A DNA stretch of 64,000 nt from an uncultured Verrucomicrobiae bacterium (lineage in GTDB: Bacteria; Verrucomicrobiota; Verrucomicrobiia; Chthoniobacterales; UBA10450), in NCBI GenBank assembly GCA_963801815.1, contig CAWDGJ010000003.1, forward strand, positions 384,001 to 448,000. Direction: 5' to 3'. The number at the start of each line of letters is the position of its first letter. Within the stretch, counting starts at the first letter, position 1. The translations under genes were made by a program, and so were the position numbers. Below, in pieces: positions 29,866 to 41,753 of the stretch. The notes below the pieces were generated by a model. That model searched no databases. It saw only the letters and a list, made by a program, of their open reading frames with translations, and was not told the origin of the DNA.

Positions 29866-31343
29866 CACTTGTTCGCAGCGAAATACGTTCGAATCGCGGG
29901 CGTAATAATGTTCACAACCGTTTGCGGAAAAAATCCGACGCTGATCAGGCCCGCGATCAGGATCGCGACTGGAATTCGGAGGCCGCGGCCAAGATCGACT
30001 AGTTTGATCCAGCGTTCGGGCATTGTCCCCATGAACGTCGCGCGATAAGCGCGTAGCATGTAAACCGTGGAAATCACCACGCCCCACAGGGCGAGCACAG
30101 TCGCAACCTGGAAAAGATGAAAGCGCTGCATTTCCCAACCGTGCCGAAAGGCGCCGAAGAAAATCATGATTTCCGATGCGAAGTTCGCGAAACCTGGAAG
30201 ACCGATCGCCGCGAACGCTCCAAATCCAAACGCCAAACCTGCGAACGGCATCACTTTTGCCAGCCCGCCGAGATCATCGAATGACAGCGTCCCGGTCCGT
30301 TCGCGAATTTGACCTGCGATGGCAAAGAGAAGCGCGATCGACAATCCGTGGGCGAAAATGAGCGTGGCCGCGCCCGTAGTTCCGACTGCGTTGGCGCTGG
30401 CGATGCCGAGGAAAATATAACCCATGTGCATTACGCTGGAGTAACCGAGCATCCAATCGAGTTGCTTCTGAGCGATAGTGACGAGTCCGATGTAAATGAT
30501 ATTGCCGAGCAACAGGATCACGAGCAGATGCGTCCAATAGTGCGCGCCATCGGGTAACATTGGAATTGCCAACCGAAGCAGGCCGTAAAGGCCGAACTTC
30601 TTCAGAACACCGGCGTGAAGCATCGCCGCCGGCGCTGGCGCGGATGCGTAAGCTTCCGGTGCCCAGGAATGAAATGGAAATAGGGAGATGAGAATCCCGA
30701 AACCGATGAGCAGTAAGAGATAAATGTGGCGTTGAGTTTCATCAGCAATTCCGTGCCTGGCGATCACCGATTGGATTTCACGAAAATCAAAGCTGCGGCC
30801 GGCAGCTGGCAGGCTTTGATAAAGGAGAATCAGCCCGATCAGCAAAATAAAACTGCCCACCGTGAGATAGATTGTGATTTTCCATGCGGCGCGATTGCGA
30901 TTCCCGCTTCCCCAGATTCCGATTAGCAGAAATGTCGGAATGAGCGCCAGTTCGTGAAAAGCGTAAAAGAAAAATAAATCGATGGACGCGAAGGCTCCAA
31001 TCGCGCCGCCGGATATGAAAAGAAGACAGGCGTAGAACGCGTTCTCGTAGTTGTCGATCGTGCCGGTGAACCAGATCGCCGCCGCAGTTACGACAGTTGC
31101 GAGTAAAAGCATCAGTAAATTCAAACCGTCGACGCCGAACGCGAAATGAATTCCCCAGTCACTCGAAACAACGGTGGAGCTGATAAATTGAAATCCGACG
31201 ACTGAACGGTCGAACTCAGCGAAGAGAACAACCGCCACAATCAAATTTAGAATCGCGGCGACCAGTGCGGTGAATCGGGCGGGCGCGCCGACAATGATCA
31301 AAATTGCAGCGAGAAGCGGACAGAGGACGAGGAAGAGAAGCAT
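29865..31343 (-). CDS. nuoM: NADH-quinone oxidoreductase subunit M
   Basis: GVDGL, FPFHSWAPEAY, YSSVMHMG, GLPGFANF. Confidence 0.95.
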   Translation of the reverse strand: MLLFLVLCPLLAAILIIVGAPARFTALVAAILNLIVAVVLFAEFDRSVVGFQFISSTVVSSDWGIHFAFGVDGLNLLMLLLATVVTAAAIWFTGTIDNYENAFYACLLFISGGAIGAFASIDLFFFYAFHELALIPTFLLIGIWGSGNRNRAAWKITIYLTVGSFILLIGLILLYQSLPAAGRSFDFREIQSVIARHGIADETQRHIYLLLLIGFGILISLFPFHSWAPEAYASAPAPAAMLHAGVLKKFGLYGLLRLAIPMLPDGAHYWTHLLVILLLGNIIYIGLVTIAQKQLDWMLGYSSVMHMGYIFLGIASANAVGTTGAATLIFAHGLSIALLFAIAGQIRERTGTLSFDDLGGLAKVMPFAGLAFGFGAFAAIGLPGFANFASEIMIFFGAFRHGWEMQRFHLFQVATVLALWGVVISTVYMLRAYRATFMGTMPERWIKLVDLGRGLRIPVAILIAGLISVGFFPQTVVNIITPAIRTYFAANK

Positions 31344-33151
31344 CAGCGAAAAATGGTGAAGTAAATGACAACGACGATTCCCAATCCGAAGAGAAACGCA
31401 TAGGCCTGGAGGTTTCCGACCTGAAACAATCGTAGCAACGAACCGAATCCAAACGTGGCATCGCCAGTGCCGCGAATCGCACCGGCGTCGATGATCCAGC
31501 GGTCAATAAACGCTGCGACGCGTGCCAAAAATTCCTGAGTGATCCCAATCAGCCATTGATAAAATTCATCGATGTAAAAACGGTGTCGGATAAGATCGAT
31601 ATGCAACGGATCGTGTTCACGGTTGCGATAAAGGGAGATCGCGATTCCGACGCCGCAGACCAACGCGATCAGCGCGAACACGGGAACGGCCAGGAGAGTT
31701 TCCTTTTCGCGCGGAACGACCAGGAAATTCTGGGCGAAGATCTGCCATCCTCCAATCAAGGCGAGAACGGCGAGAATAATCAGCGGGCCAGTCATTACCG
31801 GCGGCGATTCGCTGCCATTGCGGGCGAGATCGGTTCGTGATTTTCCGAAAAACACCACGACGACGGCGCGCGAAACATAAAAAGCAGTCAGAAAGGCCGT
31901 AAATATCCCGAGCGCGAAAATCGGCAAGTTACGTTGGTAGGCGAGGGCGAGGATTGCGTCTTTGCTGGAAAATCCACTGAATGGCGGACAGCCGACTAAC
32001 GCCAGCGCGCCCACCAAGAATGTAGCGGATGTTATCTTTAGATTTCGCGAGAGGCCGCCCATCCGCCAGATGTTTTGCTCGTGATGCAGGCCGACGATGA
32101 TCGATCCCGCAGCGAGAAACAAAAGTGCTTTGAAAAATGCGTGGGTGAAAAGGTGAAACATCGCCGCTTCGTTCGACGTCAAACCAACTGCCATCACCAT
32201 GTAACCGAGTTGGGAAATCGTGGAGTAGGCAAGGATTCGTTTGATGTCGGATTGCTGGGTCGCCAGCAACGCTCCGAGTAATGCAGTGATTGTTCCAATC
32301 CACGCGATCACGAGGAGCGCGGTCTGCGATGCTTGAATCAGAAAGGCAACGCGAACCAGCAGATAGACGCCGGCTGCTACCATCGTCGCTGCGTGGATCA
32401 ACGCCGACACCGGCGTTGGACCTTCCATCGCGTCTGGCAACCAAACGTGAAGCGGAAACTGCGCGGACTTGCCGACCGCGCCGCAAAAAATCAGGAGCGC
32501 GGCGATCGTGAGATAAGTCGGATTGCTCGTGACCTTTGAGAGATGTGCGACGATGTCGTCGAAAACGACCGAGCCGGTCGCGATCCAGATCATCAGGATG
32601 CCGATCATGAACCCGAAATCACCGATGCGCGTGGTAATAAATGCCTTTTTTCCAGCCTCGGCCGCAGCGTCGCGTTCGTACCAGTGGCCTATCAGCACAT
32701 ACGACGTAAAACCAACCAGCTCCCAGAAGATGAAGAGCATTACGAAATTGTTGGCCAGCACGATGCCAAGCATCGCGAACATGAAAAGCGACAGCGCGGC
32801 GAAATACCGGGACTTACCGGCGTCATCGCGCATGTAGCCTAACGAATAAATGTGGATCAACGATCCGACGCCTGAGACGACAAGCAGCATCAGCCGGCTG
32901 AGATCATCGAGAATGAAGCCAATCGGCACCTGCAACGTCCCGCGAATGTCGATCCAGGTGAATTCCGGAGCGGAGATGTCGATCCTGGTGAAAACCATGC
33001 AGCTGCAGAGGAAGCTCCCGAGAACCGCTGCAATCGAAATTGCGGCGCTTAGCGTTTTAAAACGACGGGTGAACAACGTGATAGTCGCCGCCGAAATTAA
33101 GGGCAGAAGCAAGACGAGCCACGGAAGAGAACTATTGGTGGTGAATCTCAT
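31343..33151 (-). CDS. nuoL: NADH-quinone oxidoreductase subunit L
   Basis: KSAQFPLHVWLPDAMEGPTPVSALIHAATMV, THAFFKALLF. Confidence 0.97.
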   Translation of the reverse strand: MRFTTNSSLPWLVLLLPLISAATITLFTRRFKTLSAAISIAAVLGSFLCSCMVFTRIDISAPEFTWIDIRGTLQVPIGFILDDLSRLMLLVVSGVGSLIHIYSLGYMRDDAGKSRYFAALSLFMFAMLGIVLANNFVMLFIFWELVGFTSYVLIGHWYERDAAAEAGKKAFITTRIGDFGFMIGILMIWIATGSVVFDDIVAHLSKVTSNPTYLTIAALLIFCGAVGKSAQFPLHVWLPDAMEGPTPVSALIHAATMVAAGVYLLVRVAFLIQASQTALLVIAWIGTITALLGALLATQQSDIKRILAYSTISQLGYMVMAVGLTSNEAAMFHLFTHAFFKALLFLAAGSIIVGLHHEQNIWRMGGLSRNLKITSATFLVGALALVGCPPFSGFSSKDAILALAYQRNLPIFALGIFTAFLTAFYVSRAVVVVFFGKSRTDLARNGSESPPVMTGPLIILAVLALIGGWQIFAQNFLVVPREKETLLAVPVFALIALVCGVGIAISLYRNREHDPLHIDLIRHRFYIDEFYQWLIGITQEFLARVAAFIDRWIIDAGAIRGTGDATFGFGSLLRLFQVGNLQAYAFLFGLGIVVVIYFTIFR

Positions 33152-33164
33152 TTGGACAGGGCCG

Positions 33165-33647
33165 TCCGCTAAACACGCGAAAAGGCGCTAAAGTTCTAAA
33201 GATAAATTGATTCATCGACTTTGATCTGCTGACGAGTCTTCGCGATCCGCTCGTATTCTAGTTTTGGATAATGGCCAAAGTTAACGAGCAGGCCCAGTTC
33301 GAAGCTTCCGGCTTTCAAATAATTCAAAAGCTGGGCGCGATGCTCATCGACTAACTGTGTGACGGCCTTTAACTCGACGATAATTTTCTCGTAGCAGAGA
33401 AAGTCGGGAAAGTACTTCTGGGCAAGAATTCTGCCGCGATATGCAAGCGACAATTCAGGCTGCGGAATCGCGGGAATCCGGCAATACTGAAATTCAATGC
33501 TAAGACATTCTTGGTAGACGGGCTCGTGGAAACCGCAGCCCTTGTCTTTATAGACTTCAAAACACGCCCCAATGATCGCGTAACACTCGTTTTTAAAAAT
33601 CAAATCCGGGACCAGTTTTTTCAGCGTCATTTGGCGTGTTTGGCGGA
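33165..33647 (-). mobile_element. Inverted-repeat-flanked GxxExxY element between nuoK and nuoL
   Basis: 28-bp arms at 33165-33192 and 33620-33647 (23/28 match) tightly enclose the gene. Confidence 0.7.
33196..33630 (-). CDS. GxxExxY protein (PD-(D/E)XK-like)
   Basis: GCGFHEPVYQ, PDF, IIVELKA, QLLNYL, GLLVNFG. Confidence 0.95.
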   Translation of the reverse strand: MTLKKLVPDLIFKNECYAIIGACFEVYKDKGCGFHEPVYQECLSIEFQYCRIPAIPQPELSLAYRGRILAQKYFPDFLCYEKIIVELKAVTQLVDEHRAQLLNYLKAGSFELGLLVNFGHYPKLEYERIAKTRQQIKVDESIYL

Positions 33648-33651
33648 TAAC

Positions 33652-33972
33652 CTAAAACTTTAAAGCGGTAATATCTTCGACGTGAGTTGTTTGTCGTAAA
33701 CGGAACAGAGCGACGACAATGGCGAGCCCGACCGCGACTTCAGCCGCAGCCACGGTAATGATGAAGAACACAAAAACCTGTGCGTTGTAGTTCGGCAGGC
33801 CGCTTGGATCGACGTGAAACCGTGAAAACGCGACGAGCGAGAGATTGGCGGCGTTCAGCATCAACTCCAGGGCCATCAAGATAATGATGATGTTGCGCCT
33901 CAGCATCACGCCGGCGAACCCAATGGTGAAAAGGATTCCGCTGATGACCAGATATTGTCCAAGGGTGACCAT
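33652..33972 (-). CDS. nuoK: NADH-quinone oxidoreductase subunit K
   Basis: [22 protein letters not shown]. Confidence 0.97.
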   Translation of the reverse strand: MVTLGQYLVISGILFTIGFAGVMLRRNIIIILMALELMLNAANLSLVAFSRFHVDPSGLPNYNAQVFVFFIITVAAAEVAVGLAIVVALFRLRQTTHVEDITALKF

Positions 33973-33973
33973 T

Positions 33974-34480
33974 TTAACGAGTTTCGCGACGGCTTAAGAC
34001 AATGACGCCGATCGTCGCGACCAGGATAACAACGCCAATGACTTGGAACGGAAGGTTGTAGTTGTTAAAAAGCAGGAGGCCGATCCGGTGCACGTCGTCC
34101 GGTGCCGGTCTTGGGAGCGGCGGGAATGTTTGTTTCGCGGCGGGGAACCTCCCGATTACGGATAAAATCTGGAGCAGCAGCGCCAGCGCCACCGCGATTC
34201 CGCCTGCGGTGGCGATCCAGTTAATCTTTCGCAACTTTTCGGCACGCAAGTCGAGCAACATGATGATGAAAAGAAACAACACCATGATCGCGCCGGCATA
34301 GACGAGGACCTGAATGATTCCGACGAAGTAGGCATCAAGCGAAAGGAACAGTCCCGCTAGTCCGAGAAACGACACGACCAGGCTCAGGGCACTCGCGACC
34401 GGATTGCGATTGATGACGACGGCAGCGCCGAAGATCAACATCATCAATGCGAAAATCCAAAAGACAAAAACGGACATCAT
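33974..34480 (-). CDS. nuoJ: NADH-quinone oxidoreductase subunit J
   Basis: [22 protein letters not shown]. Confidence 0.96.
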   Translation of the reverse strand: MMSVFVFWIFALMMLIFGAAVVINRNPVASALSLVVSFLGLAGLFLSLDAYFVGIIQVLVYAGAIMVLFLFIIMLLDLRAEKLRKINWIATAGGIAVALALLLQILSVIGRFPAAKQTFPPLPRPAPDDVHRIGLLLFNNYNLPFQVIGVVILVATIGVIVLSRRETR

Positions 34481-34481
34481 C

Positions 34482-34566
34482 GATTGCGGATTGCGGATCG
34501 CGGATCGCGGATTGAGGATCGGAAAATCCCTAGCCTGACCGCTGACTTCTGACCGCTGATTTCTGA
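34482..34566. repeat. Two unrelated heptamer arrays (GATTGCG/GATCGCG x~6; CTGACCG/CTGACTT x~4)
   Basis: Read directly in the nuoI-nuoJ junction; the arrays are not complementary to each other. Confidence 0.8.
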
Positions 34567-34568
34567 GT

Positions 34569-35099
34569 TCATTTCTTCTCGTTCCATTTCAGCACGACTC
34601 CGTGCATCACGCCGCCGATCTCGAGCAGTTTTTCCTTGTGATGCACCATCTCTTCGCGGGTAAAACCGGTGATCGCGTAATCCTTTCGCAAGTAGATCGC
34701 CTGCTCGGGACAGACTTCCTCGCACATGCCGCAGTAAATGCAGCGGATCATGTCGATGTCGAATGCGTCCGGAAATTTTTCCACCTTGGCGAAACGATCG
34801 GTTTGCGGAATTTCGCCGGGAATAATTTTGATGGCGCGGGGCGGACAGATGAATTCGCACAGCTGACAGGCGACGCAACGGACCCGGCCATCGGAATCCC
34901 GCACCAGGGCCGGTGCGCCGCGATAGTAGTCGGGCAAGTTCGGGTCCCATTTCTCCTCCGGATATTCCATGGTCACTTTCGTCCGGCCAAAGATCATGTT
35001 CTTGAAGTGTTTGATCGTGATCGCGAGACCAGCGGCGATAGCTGGCAAATACAAACGCTCGCGCCAGTTCAAATTCGGTCTCGGAACAGTGATTGCCAT
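34569..35099 (-). CDS. nuoI: NADH-quinone oxidoreductase subunit I
   Basis: CVACQLCEFICP and CIYCGMCEEVCP. Confidence 0.97.
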   Translation of the reverse strand: MAITVPRPNLNWRERLYLPAIAAGLAITIKHFKNMIFGRTKVTMEYPEEKWDPNLPDYYRGAPALVRDSDGRVRCVACQLCEFICPPRAIKIIPGEIPQTDRFAKVEKFPDAFDIDMIRCIYCGMCEEVCPEQAIYLRKDYAITGFTREEMVHHKEKLLEIGGVMHGVVLKWNEKK

Positions 35100-35107
35100 T
35101 GGAGTTA

Positions 35108-35190
35108 TCCGCCAAACACGCTAAACGACGCTAAATTAAAATTGAATCCGAAACAGTTCTTCCTTGGCGTCATTTGGCGTCTTTAGCGGA
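35108..35190. mobile_element. Empty copy of the GxxExxY-flanking inverted repeat
   Basis: Arms 35108-35135 and 35163-35190 (22/28) around a 27-nt spacer; one arm contains the nuoH TAA. Confidence 0.75.
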
Positions 35191-36241
35191 TGAAGTTCAG
35201 GATTACCGCGACGATAAAAATGTTCACGAGTGCAATTTCAAAGAAAAACAGCCAGCCGAGACGCATCAGCTGGTCCCAGCGAAATCGTGGTAATGTCCAG
35301 CGCACCCACATGAAGAAAAAAATCAGCGCGCAGACCTTGGCGAAAAACACTGCGATGTTGATCAGTCCGAATATCCAACCGTGTGAGCCGTCCGGGATTC
35401 CGGGAAAATGCCAGCCGCCCAGAAACAAGGTTACGACGATCGCCGAGCCGGTGATCATGGCGATGTATTCGCCGAGAAAGAACAAACCGAACTTCATCGA
35501 CGCATATTCGGTGTGATAACCGCCGGCGAGCTCCTGTTCAGCCTCCGGAAGATCAAAAGGGAGCCGGTTCGTTTCGGCCAGAACGGCGATTAGAAACACG
35601 ATGAAGGAAATGCCCATCGGGACCGCGAGCACCCATTTTCCGACGTTTGTCCAGTCGCCGATAAATGGCGCGATCAGCCATCCGTTGTCGATTTGATACT
35701 GGACGACATTCGTTAGGCGTAAATTTCCGACCAGCATGAAGATCGGGATCACTGCGAGCCCGAGCGAAAGTTCATACGAAATCATTTGCGAACCAGAACG
35801 GACGCCGCCGAGAAACGGATATTTCGAATTTGACGCCCAACCGGCGAGCACGATGCCGTAGACTCCTAGCGACGCGATAGCAAAGACAAACAAAATGCCG
35901 ACGTTGATATCGGCGATGACCATCGGCACACCGAAAAGTGTGCTCCCGAAGGGAACGACCGAGATTGTGATGATAGCCGGGATCATCGCCAGACATGGCG
36001 CCAGGAAATAATAGAACTTGTTTACGTGGCCCGGCGTAAATTGTTCTTTCAGCAAAAATTTACCGGCATCGGCGATCGGCTGGAGCAACCCCGCAAAGCC
36101 GACGCGGTTCGGTCCGAGACGGTCCTGCATCAACGCGCTGACCCGGCGCTCCGCGTAAACTGCGTAATTCATCAGACCGAGCACAAACCCGAGAAGGCCG
36201 GCAATTTTCAAAAGCGATGTGCCAATAAGAAAATAATCCAT
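35183..36241 (-). CDS. nuoH: NADH-quinone oxidoreductase subunit H
   Basis: QDRLGPNRVG, QMISYE, ETNRLPFDLPEAE, PRFRWDQ. Confidence 0.97.
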   Translation of the reverse strand: MDYFLIGTSLLKIAGLLGFVLGLMNYAVYAERRVSALMQDRLGPNRVGFAGLLQPIADAGKFLLKEQFTPGHVNKFYYFLAPCLAMIPAIITISVVPFGSTLFGVPMVIADINVGILFVFAIASLGVYGIVLAGWASNSKYPFLGGVRSGSQMISYELSLGLAVIPIFMLVGNLRLTNVVQYQIDNGWLIAPFIGDWTNVGKWVLAVPMGISFIVFLIAVLAETNRLPFDLPEAEQELAGGYHTEYASMKFGLFFLGEYIAMITGSAIVVTLFLGGWHFPGIPDGSHGWIFGLINIAVFFAKVCALIFFFMWVRWTLPRFRWDQLMRLGWLFFFEIALVNIFIVAVILNFIR

Positions 36242-36252
36242 GTCGATCCTGG

Positions 36253-37973
36253 TTATCGACCGAGTGGTCGTTTCTTTTCCGCGCGTTCAATGTCTCTTGC
36301 TTTCGGATCAACGGGCGCGTGCGGGGATTCGTCGACGTTTATCACGTGCACGCCGAGATCGCCGATCTTGTTGAGTGTCAAATGAGCGAGCTGCGGAATC
36401 TCCGCGCTCATTTGTCGGAAAACATCTTCGATCGAAAAAAGTCCGTCGCTTCCACCCAGCGCTTGCAACAGGTCGCGCAGGATCTCCCAATCGTCGCGTG
36501 CATTGCCGGGTGGCCGCACCGCGCGATTCAAGCGCTGCAACCGTCCTTCGCCGTTAATCATCGAGCCGCGTTTCTCGGCAAATCCGGACGCGGGCAGGAC
36601 GATTTTAGCGTGCTCAGTAGCGGCGTTAGACAAAATGTCCACTACGACGAAGGACGAGAGTCTTGCCAATTGGTCCGGTGAAACTCCGAACTTGGCGGGA
36701 TTTTCACCTAACACGAGCAGCGCTCGGATTTCTCCTGAGTTTACGCTGTCTGCTATCCGCGAAAGATTTGCGCCCGGGCCGGCATCTAAATTCAGAGTCA
36801 ACCACGCCCCAACCGCGTTTGGATTCCGATCATTGCTCAACAAAATCTCGTCGGCCTCGCCGAAACGCGGCACGATGTCTATGTAGCGAACGTCCAGCAA
36901 ATCGGCGATCTTCCGTGTAAGCCAAAGTTCTTCGTTCGTCATTCGACCGGAAGCAACAATCGCGATGTTCCCGCCACCGACTTGCCGCAGCTGCAACGCG
37001 GCCTGCGTGATCGCATTTTTCCAATCAGTCGGCTTGAGTTTGTTGTCGTTCCGAATTTGCGGCTCGAGGAGCCGGTTCTCGGCTTCGAGATATTTGAAAT
37101 TGAGCCGGCCGTAATCGCACATCCAGCACGAATTCACGTGATCGTTCTCGCGCGGCGTTTGCCGATAAACGATGTCTTCGCGCGTTCCGATGATGGTGTT
37201 GCAGCCGGTCGCGCAGCTTGTGCAGATGCTCTTCGTTTCTTTCAAAAACCAGACGCGCATCTTGAAGCGGAAATCGCTGGAGGTCAGCGCGCCGACCGGA
37301 CAGATGTCGACCGTGTTGAGCGAGTAATTGTTCTCCAACTGTTTCCCCGGATGTGCGGTCAGAACGGTGTGGCTGCCGCGATCGACAAACCCGAGCACGT
37401 CGTCATGCGCGATTTCCTTGCAGAACCGAATGCAGCGCGAGCAAAGAATGCAGCGTTCGTCGTCGAGCGTGACGCGCGGCCCAAGCTCGACGTTTTTCGG
37501 CTTCTTGACCTTGTTTTCAAGAAAACGCGAATCGGCGTTGCCGTACTCGACGCTGAATTCCTGGAGCTCGCATTCGCCCGCCTGATCGCAGATCGGGCAA
37601 TCGAGCGGATGATTGATAAGCAGAAATTCCATCACGCCTTTGCGGCATTCCTGCGCGAGCGGCGAATTGGTGCGCACGCCCATTCCTTCGGCAACGTCCT
37701 GCGCGCAGCAAATTTGCGGGCGCGGCATCCAGTTGATCATCGGTTTGCCGTCCGCGCCGAGCTCCGGTTTGCGATCCGGTCCCATTCGCGGCATGCCCAT
37801 TTCGATCAAACACATCCGGCAATTGCCCGGCGAACTGAGTTTCGGGTGATAACAATAGCGCGGCACGTAGATGCCAGCCTGCGCGCACGCCTCGATGACA
37901 CGCGTGCCCTTCTTGGAAACTGGTGCCATACGCCGTCGATCTGGACGTTAAACATTGGAACCGGTTCAGACAT
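36253..37973 (-). CDS. nuoG: NADH-quinone oxidoreductase subunit G (short form); frameshift near 37913
   Basis: MSEPVPMFNVQIDG from ATG 37973 joins GTRVIEAC in another frame; CYHP, CRMC, HPLDCPICDQAGEC, CILCSRC. Confidence 0.92.
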
Positions 37974-37984
37974 ATCTTAGGAAC

Positions 37985-38074
37985 ACAAGAAAGCAGGAAC
38001 GCAGGAAGAAATTTGAATTAGGAAAACAGGAAAACAGGAAATTCATCTTTGAGTTCTTCCTGTCTTCCTGATTC
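37985..38074. repeat. AGGAA-family inverted-repeat element
   Basis: AGAAAGCAGGAACGCAGGAA..AGGAAAACAGGAAAACAGGAA opposite TTCTTCCTGTCTTCCTG. Confidence 0.75.
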
Positions 38075-38080
38075 ATTTTT

Positions 38081-40008
<1,928 letters not shown>

Positions 40009-40055
40009 TTTTCGCTCTAACTCAGCCGGAACGTGTGGAGTCCACTCGCGAAAAA

Positions 40056-40364
40056 TTAATCGGTTAATGTGCTTTGTTTTTCTACGACCTTGTCGTCTTT
40101 GAAAACGATTGTGACCGAATCTTTGCCCTGCTGGTAAAGGTAAATCGTCTTCTTCAGGATCACGAAATCTTTGCTGTCGAGCTCGGTGGGCGGTCCAAGA
40201 ATCGATTCCACCTGTTTTTTCGACATTCCTTCGGCGATTTCGTCCACGTTTGCCTTGGTGATGCGGCGCCCCGCGCAAGCGCCGAGCGCGAATACAAGTA
40301 AGACTACTAGGAAGCAGCATGCGGCCTTGTTGAAGCGTTGAAGCGTTGAAGAGTTGAAGCGCAT
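40056..40364 (-). CDS. Small lipoprotein, SmpA/OmlA (BamE)-like domain
   Basis: Lipobox ALGAC; GMSKKQVESILGPP. Confidence 0.75.
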   Translation of the reverse strand: MRFNSSTLQRFNKAACCFLVVLLVFALGACAGRRITKANVDEIAEGMSKKQVESILGPPTELDSKDFVILKKTIYLYQQGKDSVTIVFKDDKVVEKQSTLTD

Positions 40365-40406
40365 ATCGATGTAACGATCTAACGATTTAACCAATCACGA
40401 AGCCAA

Positions 40407-41663
40407 TCATCTGTCGCATTCGCCCATGACAAAGTCCAGACTGCCAAGGATTGCGGTAACGTCGCTCACCATGCATCCAGGCAGCAGTTCGGGCAGGATA
40501 CTCAGATTCACAAACGAAGGTGCGCGAATCTTTAATCGATATGGGACGCCGCCTCCCTGGCTGTTGATGTAAAAACCGAGTTCGCCCTTTGGATTTTCGG
40601 CCGCGAAATAAACTTCGCCCGGCGGCGCGTCGAGGCCCTCCGTCACCACGATGAAGTGATGGATCAGCTCCTCCATTTTCGTCATCACGTGCGACTTGGG
40701 CGGCGTCATGTTCTTCCAATCGACGACGTTGATCGGGCCGTCGGGTAATTTGTCGATCACTTGTCGCAAAATCTTCGCGCTCTGTCGCATTTCTTCGATT
40801 CGCACCAGATAGCGGTCGTAGCAATCACCCGCGCTGCCGACCACGACCTCGAAATCGTATTGTTCGTAATCGAGATACGGATGTTTGCGTCGCAAATCGT
40901 GCTCAACGCCGCTGCCGCGCAGATTCGGCCCGGAAAGCGCGTAGGCGATTGCGCGATCTTTGGTGATCACGCCTACGTCCTTGGTGCGATCGACGAAAAT
41001 CTTGTTTCGGGTCAGGAGTTTGTCCATCTCGTCCAGCGCGGGCCCGAATTGATCGAGAAAATCGCGTAACAATGGAATGAATTTCTCCGGTAAATCGCGA
41101 ATCTGGCCGCCGACGCGCGTGTAGGAAGTTGTGAACCGCGCGCCAGTAAGAAGTTCGCTCAAGTCGTAGATTTTTTCGCGCTGGGTGAACGTGTAAAGAA
41201 AGACTGTCATGGCGCCGAGATCGAGCGCCATCGCTCCAAGTCCCATTAAGTGCGACGAAATCCGCGATATTTCGCAGCAGATCACGCGAATCGCCTTTCC
41301 CCGCGGCGGAATCTCCCAGTTCATTAATTTTTCCACGGCAAGCGCGTAGGCCACGTTATTCGACAACGGCGCGAGATAGTCGAGCCGATCGGTGTAGGGC
41401 ACGAACTGGTTATATTGCATGTTCTCCGCGATTTTCTCGTCGCCACGATGCAGAAAGCCGACGTCCGGTGTCGCTTTCGTGATGATCTCGCCATCCAGTT
41501 CGAGTACGAGGCGTAACACACCATGCGTCGCCGGATGCGACGGGCCCATGTTGAGAATCATTTTCTCGCCCATGTCGCCGTCGCCGTGGTGCAACTTAGC
41601 GTCTTCCGCGGCGACTCGCGTTACCGGGTCGGGCGATTCAATCTCACGTACCGTGAATGCCAT
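40407..41663 (-). CDS. nuoD: NADH-quinone oxidoreductase subunit D
   Basis: NMGPSHPATHGVLRL, DRLDY, ENPKGELG, GECDR. Confidence 0.97.
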   Translation of the reverse strand: MAFTVREIESPDPVTRVAAEDAKLHHGDGDMGEKMILNMGPSHPATHGVLRLVLELDGEIITKATPDVGFLHRGDEKIAENMQYNQFVPYTDRLDYLAPLSNNVAYALAVEKLMNWEIPPRGKAIRVICCEISRISSHLMGLGAMALDLGAMTVFLYTFTQREKIYDLSELLTGARFTTSYTRVGGQIRDLPEKFIPLLRDFLDQFGPALDEMDKLLTRNKIFVDRTKDVGVITKDRAIAYALSGPNLRGSGVEHDLRRKHPYLDYEQYDFEVVVGSAGDCYDRYLVRIEEMRQSAKILRQVIDKLPDGPINVVDWKNMTPPKSHVMTKMEELIHHFIVVTEGLDAPPGEVYFAAENPKGELGFYINSQGGGVPYRLKIRAPSFVNLSILPELLPGCMVSDVTAILGSLDFVMGECDR

Positions 41664-41753
41664 ACTTCAATCCATCTACGCTGCCGACTCGACTTCTGCG
41701 TGCAAGCTCAAATTTGGAATTGAATCGCGCCATTGAGTCGCCATGGTGAATCG

